From Magnetococcales bacterium (GTDB taxonomy: Bacteria; Pseudomonadota; Magnetococcia; Magnetococcales; JADFYX01), in NCBI GenBank assembly GCA_015232405.1, contig JADFZS010000002.1, positions 11,448 to 75,447 on the forward strand: 64,000 bases of DNA, in the 5' to 3' direction. Each line of letters starts with the position of its first letter. Positions within the stretch are counted from its first letter, which is position 1. The notes under the pieces were generated by a model. That model saw only the letters and a program-made list of their open reading frames with translations, was not told the origin of the DNA and did not search any database. Made by a program: the position numbers and the translations under genes. Positions 1-8,727 of this stretch are shown here, piece after piece.

Positions 1-2
1 CG

Positions 3-1628
3 GCAGATATTGACCATTTTTTTGAACATGGCAAACGCAAAGTTACTCTAAAAGCAATTGAATATGCTATGTGCCATGAAGAGGGGTTAACCACTGTTGT
101 TGGAGAAATTGGTGTAGGGAAATCAACAATACTGCGCCTGCTGGTGAAAACCATCTCTACTACACTAGATACGGTAGTTATTGATGATCCTCGAATGATG
201 CCAATTGATTTTTTAAAGGCAATTGCATTTCAACTAAATATTAACGTTCCTCAAAGCAACAATATTCAAGATCTTCGCACTATTTTGAATAATCACCTTT
301 ACCAAAAACATATGGAACAACAACGCGTAGTTGTTGTTATTGATGAAGTCCAATACATTTCATCAGAGGTTTTGGAAGAGATTCATATGTTAAGTAATCT
401 TGAAAACAATGAAAAAAGGCTAGTGCAGTGGGTTTTGTTCGGGCAACCACAAATGGAAGAAAATCTTATGGGAAAAGCAGCCTCTCCTTTGCGAGACCGT
501 ATTATAAATCGTATCTGTGTTGAGCAGCTCAGCTTGAAAGAAATTGATAGTTATATAAAATTTCGCCTGAATGTTGCTGGTTATAAAGGTCCAAAAATCT
601 TTTCTTTGTCAGCAATACAATTAATTGAGGCCATATCTTGCGGTAGTATTAGAAAAATTCATGTGTTGGCACACAAATCCCTTTTGGCAGCATTCTCCAT
701 GAATGCCCGGCAAGTCGGTCCTCACCATGTAAAGTTGGGAAACCAAGAAAATATTGATTATTTTCAATCACTAAACCGTAGAAGAGTCGGTAAACCTGGT
801 GTGGAATTGGATAATAGAATTTTTAAGGAAATTTTTCATTTTATAAAGAAAGTACTTACTCCAGGTAACAGTCCAAGATATGTAAATATGGTATTCGTAC
901 CAATATTTTTGATTGTTGTTGTAGGGTGGATTAATTCAGGTGAAATATTAGCTGCTGCAACTCTTAAAAAAATACCTAAACAGTTGGAAACTATATTCTA
1001 TCTGGGAGAAGATTTTGCCAAAAAAGATATAATAGCTGATTACGATGAAGCAAATAAAGAAGAGAGTCAGAGGTACAACTCAGAAATATTGCAGAAGAAA
1101 GTTTCAGTTAAAACCATCAGAAAACAGACTGCAACTCAACACCTATCAAAAAAAGGAGATGTGGTAAATGGAAAAATACAAGAGCTTCTTCATAGGGCCA
1201 ACATTAATTATCGCGCCTCTCGTTTAATATCACCAAAGGGCCAAAATGCCCTTGAGAATTTAAAAACTGTTTTGGAGTTAGAGCCAAACAATATTATTGC
1301 AAGACAAGGGCTTAGGTCTGTGGCTCAAAAGTTGAACGACTTGGCTACGAAGGATATTGAAGCTTGGCGACTTTCCAAACCTCAAGGCCATAACGCTTTA
1401 TCTAAACTTAATGCAGTATTAGAATTTCAACCTAACAATGAAGAAGCCCAGCAAGGTTTAAATGAGGTTGTGGATCGCTACATACGATTGGCATATAAAT
1501 ATTATTATGATCATGATCGTTCACGTCATTACCTTGTAAAAGCTGAGTCGATTATTCCAGATGATCCTCGCATTTTAAAGGCTTCTTCAAGGATATATCT
1601 AATGGCAAAATACCCGCGACGCAAATAG
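3..1628 (+). CDS. ExeA/MshM-like AAA+ ATPase (5' end cut by window edge) with a TM segment and C-terminal TPR-like helical repeats
   Basis: The frame is open from nt 3: ADIDHFFEHGKRKVTLKAIEYA precedes the tracked Met at 69. Walker A GEIGVGKST and Walker B VVVIDEVQ, followed by LSNLEN..LVQWVLFGQPQ as in ExeA-family proteins. TM segment VFVPIFLIVVVGWI. Two copies of the motif P.G.NAL..L..VLE..PNN..A.QGL. Confidence 0.75.
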   Translation, partial: ADIDHFFEHGKRKVTLKAIEYAMCHEEGLTTVVGEIGVGKSTILRLLVKTISTTLDTVVIDDPRMMPIDFLKAIAFQLNINVPQSNNIQDLRTILNNHLYQKHMEQQRVVVVIDEVQYISSEVLEEIHMLSNLENNEKRLVQWVLFGQPQMEENLMGKAASPLRDRIINRICVEQLSLKEIDSYIKFRLNVAGYKGPKIFSLSAIQLIEAISCGSIRKIHVLAHKSLLAAFSMNARQVGPHHVKLGNQENIDYFQSLNRRRVGKPGVELDNRIFKEIFHFIKKVLTPGNSPRYVNMVFVPIFLIVVVGWINSGEILAAATLKKIPKQLETIFYLGEDFAKKDIIADYDEANKEESQRYNSEILQKKVSVKTIRKQTATQHLSKKGDVVNGKIQELLHRANINYRASRLISPKGQNALENLKTVLELEPNNIIARQGLRSVAQKLNDLATKDIEAWRLSKPQGHNALSKLNAVLEFQPNNEEAQQGLNEVVDRYIRLAYKYYYDHDRSRHYLVKAESIIPDDPRILKASSRIYLMAKYPRRK

Positions 1629-1655
1629 CAGATATTTTCTAAAAACTGACATCAA

Positions 1656-4600
1656 ATGAACAATTTAACATTGATAAATAGAAAATTTTTGCAACATGGA
1701 TTGCAGCTATTTGTTGTATGTTTTTTTATACTTCTTCTAAGTTTATTTTACTCGAACTACCTCTGGTCTTCTGAAAATCCACAGATAAACCCCACTAATT
1801 TACAATTAAACTCTAAAAAAAAACCAATACATATAGGCCGAGTGTTGCAACTGTTAGATAAAGTATATGGGCAAATAGGTGATAACAAAGCAACACAGCT
1901 GAAAACCAACGCCAAAATATATGCTGGTGAAAAAATTTCTACAGGAAATAGTAGTTCAGTAATACTAAAATTTCGTGATGGTTCCACATTTAATATTGGT
2001 TCAGATGCAGAAGTAACTTTAGATGAGTTTGTTTTTAATCCATTAAATAGTGTGACAGCCAATACTATATCTGTAGATTCTGGTGCTTTTAGTTATACAT
2101 CAGGATTTTCTGTTAAAAATCCAAAGGTAGTTATTAGATTACCATCCGTTGAACTGGGTGTTAGAGGCACCATAGTTGATGGATTTGTTAACTTAAAATA
2201 TCCAGACTATATTAATATTCCGGTTGGTGAGGGTGTTGCTAGGAATAGTGGTGGTATACGTAAATTATCAGAAGGGCAATCATTAGCCTTAACCGATGCT
2301 AAAAACAAACCAGTAGATCCACAATCCATACCTCCAGCTATGCAAATAAATGCTGTTAATTTTATTCAATCAGAAACTGATGTTACAATGTCAGTAGCTA
2401 TCCCTTTGACAAAAGAGCAGCGTTTAGAAGATGCTCTTGCCAATAGAGCCTCAATTACTCAGCAAAAAAAGGGGGTTGTTAACGTCCCTACCTCCAGCAA
2501 AAATACTCTCTTAGACTGGCAAATCAGCCCCATAATAGAGCAGGCTATAACAGCTATTGATAAAGAGTTGGAGTTTGTTGCTAACGCATTTGCTTTTGTG
2601 CAAGCAGTTCATGCAGCCTCTGCAAAAGATATAACCCAAGCCATGTCACATTTGGCGACAGCTGCAAAGGTTGGGTTGTTACGAGAAACTTTAGCACCTT
2701 TAAGCAAACAACAAAAAGATGCCCAAAGAGATTTTTTAACAAAGATAAAAAAGAAATTTCCAGATGCTGCTCAAATTTTACAACGACACAAAAAAAAGAA
2801 AATAAAATCTAATAGGGCTAATAAAAAACAGAGTACCAAAGGGGTTATTAGAGGAGTGGCAACTGTAGCTAAAGATAGCTATGAAGTTGCAGCTGTTGTG
2901 GGATCTGCTGTAGCGGCTTCTTCAAAGGGTGATTATGAAATTGCAGAAGATATTGTTACCAGTGCACTCACAGCTGAAGGTTTGACTGATAATGCAAATG
3001 CAGCAGCAGTAATATCGGCAGCAGCAGCACAGGCTGATCCAATAATTGCAGAAAATGTAGCTGCTATTGCCGTTATTTCACTACCTGAATCTGAACAAAA
3101 ACAGGCAACAATTCAAGTCTCCTCCGCAGTAGCTATGGCTACTCCAGATAAGGCTTCCACAGTTGCAGCTTCTGTTGCTAAAGTAGCAAAACAAAAAGAT
3201 GCAGCCAATATTGCTGCCGCTGTAACCAAGGCAGTAAATAGCGCAAATGCTGATGATATTGCAGCAGCAGTTGCCAAGGTTGCTAAACCTGAAGAGGCGG
3301 GAAATATAGCCGTAGCTGTAACTCAAATTGCTGGTGTAGATAGTGCGGGAGATGTTTCCTTTGCAGTAACCAAGAGTGTTGGTTCACATGTTGCCGGTGC
3401 TGTAGCAGCATCAGTAACCCAATTCACTGGAACTAAAGGGGCCGTTAATGTCGCAACATCGGTGACTAAAGCTGCAGGAGCCCAAGTAGCTGGTAAAGTG
3501 GCTGCTGTTGTAACCAAAATTGCTGGTGCTAATAGTGCTGCAAATATTGCCGCTGCAGTGATCAAAGTAGCTGGAAGTAGTGTAGCCGGAGAAGTTGCTG
3601 GTGCTGTTACTCAAGTTGCTGGAGCTAATGTTGCTGCAGATGTTGCTGCAGCGGTAATCAACGCTGCTGGGGTTGAAACTACTGGTATTGTGGCAGCAAT
3701 GGTAACATATATAGCTGGAAACGAAGTATCACAAGATATCATTGAGGCTATTGCTACTGTATCAGGCCAGGGGGTAAATGATGTTGAAGCAGCTAGAGTA
3801 GATGCGACCAAATCAGATACATTTCAGACCCAAATAGATGCAGCTAAAGAGTCTGCAGAACAAGCAGTTGAATTAGAAAAAAATGCTATTGAAGCTGGAA
3901 AAAATGCTATTGAAGCAGAGAAGTCAGCTGTAAGTGCGGTAGCGTTTGCGCAGAGTGGGGCTGAAATTGTTTCTACAATATCATTACAAAGCGATGGAAA
4001 TATAGAAGAATCACAAGGAGATGTAGATCAACAAGGAGTAAATGATGATACCACAACTGGAACACCTGATAATGAGAATATTAGCAGTTCCAACAACGAC
4101 GATGTGGTAACAAAAGAGATGGTTGAAGAAGAACAAAATGTGGAAGAGTCGGAAATTTCAGAGACAATATCTAATCAAAAACCAACAGCTATTGCCCTCT
4201 CTTCTTCTTTAGTTGATGAAAATTCAAATACTGTTAGCAATATATTTATTGGAAATCTATCAACAACTGATGCAGATATCAATGATACCCACACCTACAC
4301 CATTGTTGGTGGAGATGATCAATCAATGTTTTATATCTCTGATGCTAAATTGTATATATTAGCTGGGAAATCTATTGACTATACAACAACAAAAACTCTG
4401 ATAGTAACCGTTCGTACCACAGATTCATCTGGCAATACATATGATGAACAGTTTACAATCAACGTTAATGAGGTAGCAAACAATTCACCTACTGCAATCA
4501 ATCTTTCAGCATCATCAATTGATGAATATGCAAATCAAACTAGTGATATAGTAGTTGGAACCTTAACTACAGCTGATGCCGATACCGACGATACTCATAC

Positions 4601-6401
4601 TTACACCATTGTTGGTGGAGATAATCAATCAATGTTTTCTATCTCCGGTAATACGTTGAGTGTAATAACCGGGGTAACTGTTGAATATGAAATATTACAA
4701 AGCCTGTATGTAACTGTTCGTACAACAGATCCTGATGGTAATTTTTACGATGAGACACTTAAAATTACCGTCAACGAGATCTCAAATGATCCGCCAACAG
4801 CCATCACCCTATCTGCGTCCTCAATTAATGAATATTCCAACTTAACAAATAATGTCTTTGTTGGAACTCTTTCAACAACTGACCCTGATACCAATGATTT
4901 CCACACCTATTCAATTGTTTCTGGAGATGATAAGGATATGTTTTTCATCTCTAGGGATTCACTGTTTTTGTCAACAAAAGAAACTTTAGTCTACGAAACG
5001 AGCCAAAGCTTATCAGTGACAATCCGTTCAACAGATTTAAGTAGCAATACATATGAAAAAGCATTTACAATTACTGTAAATGAGGTAACTAATTCCACCC
5101 CTACAGCTATCACTCTTTCGGCATCATCCATTGATGAATATGCCAACGAAACAAGTGATGTTGCAGTTGGAGCTTTAACTACAGCTGATGCTGAATCTTA
5201 TGATAGCCACACCTACTCAATTGTTGGTGGAGACGATCAAGCAATGTTCTCCATCAAAGATTCTACCTTGTACATCGTCAAAGGTACAACACTTGACTAT
5301 GAAACAGCACAAAGTCTATCAGTTATTATTCGCACAACTGACTCTGATGACAATACATTAGATAGTGCATTTGCAATAAATATAAATGATATAAATGAAG
5401 CCTTAGAGGTGATTACATTTACAAATGCCAACCCAGTTGAAGCTATCAGTGATGGTAGTGGAACAGTTCTTGGTACATTTACTCATGATGATCCAGATTC
5501 AGGGGATACAGTTACTTTTTCTATAACTTCAGCCATAAACAACTCTACATCGGTTGATTCTACATCTCTATTTTTCATCTCAGGTGATGATATAGCAATC
5601 ACCACTAGCGGTCTTGAAGGGGTTATCTCTGAAACTGAATATACTATTACTGTTCAAGGTGTGGACAGTGCAGGTTTGGGTGGTGAAGCTGATTTTACAA
5701 TAAGTGTAACCCCAACAGTTTATGACAATATAGATATGTCAGCAACTGATACTACCGCAACTATTAAAAGCAACTCTAGGATTGTGTATAATAATGTCCG
5801 TTCAACATTATCTTCAGGTAGTTCATATTCACTAAGCGAGAATGATCTTTTAACCCTGATTTTAGGAAAATTAGATCAGCAAATTACAGGTGGTTTTTCT
5901 TATACAATTGATGAAATCATTGATTCGATAGGAGCAAATATTTCTCAGGATAATGTTGTGAGAGTTAGCTTTAGTCTAAATAAGTTAGATGAAATCAACA
6001 GCAAATTAAATTCTGATAGCTCTATCAGTAATAATCTGCTCAGTGCAACCACAAATCTGGCAAATTTCATCGATACCAATAAAGTAACTATAACGTTTGT
6101 TATAACTGTATCTGTGTCTGCAAATACTGTTATTGGTTTTGATGCCGACAACTCAACAGTACAAATAGTTAGTGATGACAGTTCAATTATTCATAACTAT
6201 AAGGTTTCTGAGCTAATAGACCAGTATAATTCAACAATCAATTACATACCTTCAACAATTAAATTTTTTAAAGGTGATGATAACCACATATCTTCAGGAG
6301 AGATTCCAACATCTTACGACCTCAATGCTTCTGGCAACTATTTAGGAGGTTTGCTTTCGGCTATTACATTTAATGATGGAAGTATAGAGCTGACTCCATA
6401 A
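1656..6401 (+). CDS. Giant (1581 aa) membrane-anchored protein: signal-anchor, FecR domain, 16-aa Ala/Val repeat array, acidic linker, cadherin-like repeats, S/N/T-rich C-terminal region
   Basis: Single uninterrupted ORF starting 27 nt after the upstream gene. N-terminal hydrophobic helix LQLFVVCFFILLLSLFY. FecR-like block GEKISTGNSSSVILKFRDGSTFNIGSDAEVTLDEF...VELGVRGTIV. Cadherin-like units of the form PTAI.LS.S...E......VG.L.T.D.D..D.H.Y.IV.GDD...F.I....L......DYE......V.V..TD..GN. Confidence 0.85.
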   Translation: MNNLTLINRKFLQHGLQLFVVCFFILLLSLFYSNYLWSSENPQINPTNLQLNSKKKPIHIGRVLQLLDKVYGQIGDNKATQLKTNAKIYAGEKISTGNSSSVILKFRDGSTFNIGSDAEVTLDEFVFNPLNSVTANTISVDSGAFSYTSGFSVKNPKVVIRLPSVELGVRGTIVDGFVNLKYPDYINIPVGEGVARNSGGIRKLSEGQSLALTDAKNKPVDPQSIPPAMQINAVNFIQSETDVTMSVAIPLTKEQRLEDALANRASITQQKKGVVNVPTSSKNTLLDWQISPIIEQAITAIDKELEFVANAFAFVQAVHAASAKDITQAMSHLATAAKVGLLRETLAPLSKQQKDAQRDFLTKIKKKFPDAAQILQRHKKKKIKSNRANKKQSTKGVIRGVATVAKDSYEVAAVVGSAVAASSKGDYEIAEDIVTSALTAEGLTDNANAAAVISAAAAQADPIIAENVAAIAVISLPESEQKQATIQVSSAVAMATPDKASTVAASVAKVAKQKDAANIAAAVTKAVNSANADDIAAAVAKVAKPEEAGNIAVAVTQIAGVDSAGDVSFAVTKSVGSHVAGAVAASVTQFTGTKGAVNVATSVTKAAGAQVAGKVAAVVTKIAGANSAANIAAAVIKVAGSSVAGEVAGAVTQVAGANVAADVAAAVINAAGVETTGIVAAMVTYIAGNEVSQDIIEAIATVSGQGVNDVEAARVDATKSDTFQTQIDAAKESAEQAVELEKNAIEAGKNAIEAEKSAVSAVAFAQSGAEIVSTISLQSDGNIEESQGDVDQQGVNDDTTTGTPDNENISSSNNDDVVTKEMVEEEQNVEESEISETISNQKPTAIALSSSLVDENSNTVSNIFIGNLSTTDADINDTHTYTIVGGDDQSMFYISDAKLYILAGKSIDYTTTKTLIVTVRTTDSSGNTYDEQFTINVNEVANNSPTAINLSASSIDEYANQTSDIVVGTLTTADADTDDTHTYTIVGGDNQSMFSISGNTLSVITGVTVEYEILQSLYVTVRTTDPDGNFYDETLKITVNEISNDPPTAITLSASSINEYSNLTNNVFVGTLSTTDPDTNDFHTYSIVSGDDKDMFFISRDSLFLSTKETLVYETSQSLSVTIRSTDLSSNTYEKAFTITVNEVTNSTPTAITLSASSIDEYANETSDVAVGALTTADAESYDSHTYSIVGGDDQAMFSIKDSTLYIVKGTTLDYETAQSLSVIIRTTDSDDNTLDSAFAININDINEALEVITFTNANPVEAISDGSGTVLGTFTHDDPDSGDTVTFSITSAINNSTSVDSTSLFFISGDDIAITTSGLEGVISETEYTITVQGVDSAGLGGEADFTISVTPTVYDNIDMSATDTTATIKSNSRIVYNNVRSTLSSGSSYSLSENDLLTLILGKLDQQITGGFSYTIDEIIDSIGANISQDNVVRVSFSLNKLDEINSKLNSDSSISNNLLSATTNLANFIDTNKVTITFVITVSVSANTVIGFDADNSTVQIVSDDSSIIHNYKVSELIDQYNSTINYIPSTIKFFKGDDNHISSGEIPTSYDLNASGNYLGGLLSAITFNDGSIELTP
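3147..3773 (+). repeat. Coding tandem array: 13 in-phase units of 48 bp (16 aa), consensus x-x-A-x-x-[VI]-A-A-A-V-T-[KQ]-[VI]-A-G-x
   Basis: The translation splits into 13 consecutive 16-mers with no indels, from DKASTVAASVAKVAKQ, KDAANIAAAVTKAVNS and ANADDIAAAVAKVAKP through to EVSQDIIEAIATVSGQ. More degenerate Ala-rich units precede it from about nt 2870. Confidence 0.9.
4176..5400 (+). repeat. Coding tandem repeat: 4 cadherin-like units of exactly 306 bp (102 aa), with a 5th degenerate unit following to about 5715
   Basis: The Pro codon of the PTAI motif recurs at 4182, 4488, 4794 and 5100, a constant 306-bp period. The units share THTYTIVGGDDQSMF and VTVRTTD blocks. Confidence 0.9.
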
Positions 6402-6403
6402 AA

Positions 6404-6422
6404 TTTTACAAACGATGTAAAA
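6404..6422. terminator. Weak AT-rich hairpin between convergent genes (giant ORF and map)
   Basis: TTTTACA-aacga-TGTAAAA is a 7-bp inverted repeat in the 23-bp convergent gap. There is no strong GC stem. Confidence 0.3.
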
Positions 6423-6424
6423 GC

Positions 6425-7192
6425 CTATGCTTTGGTTATCTTGCCATCAAGGTCGGTCAAAACCTCATTACCAGTTTCAGTAATCAGAATTGTATGTTCA
6501 AACTGGGCCGATAGTGAGTGGTCTTTTGTAACCACTGTCCAGTTATCTTTCATATGTTTTATCGCTGAATTGCCAAGGTTGATCATGGGTTCTATGGTGA
6601 AGATCATCCCCGGACGAATGACGATACGGTCTCTTGAATCCTCATAGTGAAGTACTGCTGGCTCTTCATGGAACTCTCGTCCAATACCGTGACCACAATA
6701 TTCATGGACCACAGAACAGCGATTTTCTTTGGCTAGACGTTCAATGGTTGCGCCAATGGTTTTAAGCATTACTCCTGGTAAGGCAACTGAAATTCCAGCG
6801 TTGAGACAATCCAGAGCTACTTTGCGCACTTTTTCGCCTTTTGGAGTAGCTTTACCCACATGAAATGTCTTGCTTGTATCCCCGTGGAAACCGTTTAAAT
6901 ATGTTGTGATATCGATATTGATGATATCTCCTTCACGAATGACCCTTTCACTAGGTATGCCATGGCAAATTTGATGATTTATCGAGGTACAGATAGATTT
7001 GGGAAAACCACGATAGTTCAAGGGTGATGGAGTTGCCCCATGTGAGATAATATAATCATGGCAAATATCATTTAAATGAAGTGTAGTAACACCTGGTTTT
7101 ACATGTTCTTCAATCATCGCCAGAGTTTGGGCAGCTAAACGGCATGTAGCTCGCATTGCTGCAATTTCCTCAGCATTTTTAATATGAATCAT
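6425..7192 (-). CDS. map: Methionine aminopeptidase, type I
   Basis: 255 aa. Begins MIHIKNAEEIAAMRATCRLAAQTL. Metal-ligand context is DIINIDIT, HGDTSKTF, HEYCGHGIG and FTIEPM...EHT. Confidence 0.93.
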   Translation of the reverse strand: MIHIKNAEEIAAMRATCRLAAQTLAMIEEHVKPGVTTLHLNDICHDYIISHGATPSPLNYRGFPKSICTSINHQICHGIPSERVIREGDIINIDITTYLNGFHGDTSKTFHVGKATPKGEKVRKVALDCLNAGISVALPGVMLKTIGATIERLAKENRCSVVHEYCGHGIGREFHEEPAVLHYEDSRDRIVIRPGMIFTIEPMINLGNSAIKHMKDNWTVVTKDHSLSAQFEHTILITETGNEVLTDLDGKITKA

Positions 7193-7195
7193 CTA

Positions 7196-7897
7196 CTACT
7201 CTAGCTCCATTGATAGTTGACTGTTTACCGTAATATTATCCTTTTCCACCCTACATTGCCAAGCCATCACTTCAACACCGCTGTTTACTGCCTCTTTTAG
7301 CTTTTGGGCATAAGTTGGGTCTATATCGGCAGCAGGTTTAAAATAACTACCATCACCACGTTGTGCCAAAAATAATAGTACCCCTCTGTCTCCAGCGGCA
7401 ACAACATCCATTAAAGTTTGTAGATGACGTGTGCCACGTTTGGTTACTGCATCTGGAAATGCCAAATGGTCGTAACGATGTAAAGTAACGCTTTTTACCT
7501 CCACATAACAGCGAGAATCGTTGTTATCTGTTAGTAAAAAATCCAGACGACTCTCTTTACCAAATGCTACCTCACGGCGAATATTAATAAATTCAGTCAA
7601 TTGGGGTATAATTTTGGCTTCAAGTGCTTCAGCAACAATTCGGTTGGTTAACCCGGTATTAATTCCTACCCATGTGGAGTTGGCAAAGCTCATCTCCCAG
7701 GTATAGGCAAGTTTACGTTTGGGGTTGTTGGCATGGGATAGTCTCACTTTCATACCCGGCTCTGCCAATCCGGTCATAGAGCCAGTATTAGCGCAGTGGG
7801 CCACAACAAGCTGACCATTATCAAGTTCTATGTCAGCTAAAAAACGTTTATAACGGCGAATGAGTGTGCCTTGGATGAGAGGAGGAGAGAAATACAA
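7196..7897 (-). CDS. sfsA: Sugar fermentation stimulation protein A (SfsA family nuclease-like DNA-binding protein)
   Basis: 233 aa. N-terminus has LIRRYKRFLADIELDNG...AHCANTGSM. Later motifs are SRLDFLL, YVEVKSVTL and FPDAVTKRGTRHL, typical of SfsA. Confidence 0.9.
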   Translation of the reverse strand: MYFSPPLIQGTLIRRYKRFLADIELDNGQLVVAHCANTGSMTGLAEPGMKVRLSHANNPKRKLAYTWEMSFANSTWVGINTGLTNRIVAEALEAKIIPQLTEFINIRREVAFGKESRLDFLLTDNNDSRCYVEVKSVTLHRYDHLAFPDAVTKRGTRHLQTLMDVVAAGDRGVLLFLAQRGDGSYFKPAADIDPTYAQKLKEAVNSGVEVMAWQCRVEKDNITVNSQLSMELE

Positions 7898-7912
7898 TTG
7901 CCAATATGATCT

Positions 7913-8653
7913 TTATGGGAGTGGGTGGAGAGCTATTTTCGCCTGTAGTGTTTTGGGTTTGCCATTTCTATTGATAGCCAACAAGACAAGCTCTTCCGGT
8001 TTAAAGCTTCCTATTAACTTTACCAGGGATGCTGGAGATACCACAGCTTGCCCGTTGATGGATATAATAACATCCCCGGTTTTAAGTCCTGCTTTGTATC
8101 CAGGACCATTGGGTGCAACAGCTTTAACAAAGACCCCTCCTGCCTTATTTACACCAGGAGCAATACCCAGCCAAGTTGACTGTTGGGGTTTGTGTGGAGC
8201 TGGTTTTTTTGCAGCATGTTTATTGTTTTGTTGATAATGGGGAGCTGGAAAAGGGGGTTGCTGCATAAATGATGATGTGGGGTTATCAACATGTGACCTA
8301 TGAAAATACGGTGTTTGTGAGACACTTAAATGTTTGTTGCTGTCATCTAAGGTTACATCAGCTTGTATATTTGTACCTTGGCGTTTGATACCAAGAACAA
8401 CCTTTTTGTTTGCACCAAGACGAGATATCTCATTGGTGAAAGCCACAATTGAATTAACTGGTTTGCCATCTATGTTTATGATTAGATCGCCTTTTTGCAG
8501 CTTGGCTATATCAGCCGGGCTGCCTTTTATTATCTCGCCAATTTGAACTCCACGGGGTGGTTCAATAGTTACACCAAGCCAACCACCAGCATGGGCAGGT
8601 GAAACCAGAAATAGAGCTGTTAGTAGAGAAAATAAACTAAAGACACGACTCAT
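7913..8653 (-). CDS. Secreted protein with two PDZ domains
   Basis: Signal peptide MSRVFSLFSLLTALFLVSPAHA. Two PDZ-like blocks: GWLGVTIE..GVQIGEIIKGSPADIAKLQKGDLIINIDGKPV and WLGIAPG...GVFVKAVAPNGPGYKAGLKTGDVIISINGQAV. Confidence 0.75.
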   Translation of the reverse strand: MSRVFSLFSLLTALFLVSPAHAGGWLGVTIEPPRGVQIGEIIKGSPADIAKLQKGDLIINIDGKPVNSIVAFTNEISRLGANKKVVLGIKRQGTNIQADVTLDDSNKHLSVSQTPYFHRSHVDNPTSSFMQQPPFPAPHYQQNNKHAAKKPAPHKPQQSTWLGIAPGVNKAGGVFVKAVAPNGPGYKAGLKTGDVIISINGQAVVSPASLVKLIGSFKPEELVLLAINRNGKPKTLQAKIALHPLP

Positions 8654-8674
8654 TAAAAAAGATACTCCATATGG

Positions 8675-8720
8675 TATAGATTCGGCAGTTGACAGATGTT
8701 TTTGACAACTGCCGAACCCG
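8675..8720. repeat. Short palindromic (REP/mini-MITE-like) element, also a likely terminator hairpin after the dynamin-like gene
   Basis: TAGATTCGGCAGTTG-acagatgtttttga-CAACTGCCGAA. The arms match the terminal inverted repeats of the 167-bp element at 16944-17110 (TAGATTAGGCAGTTG and CAACTGCCGAATCTA). Confidence 0.6.
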
Positions 8721-8727
8721 GAATTAA

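Noticed and set aside
3081-3811. Four antisense ORFs (3081-3326, 3323-3565, 3411-3614, 3611-3811) on the minus strand inside the giant gene
   Set aside because: They lie exactly opposite the GCN-rich Ala/Val repeat array. Their open frames are a compositional by-product of the repeat. They have no RBS or family signal, and the sense ORF is continuous for 1581 codons.
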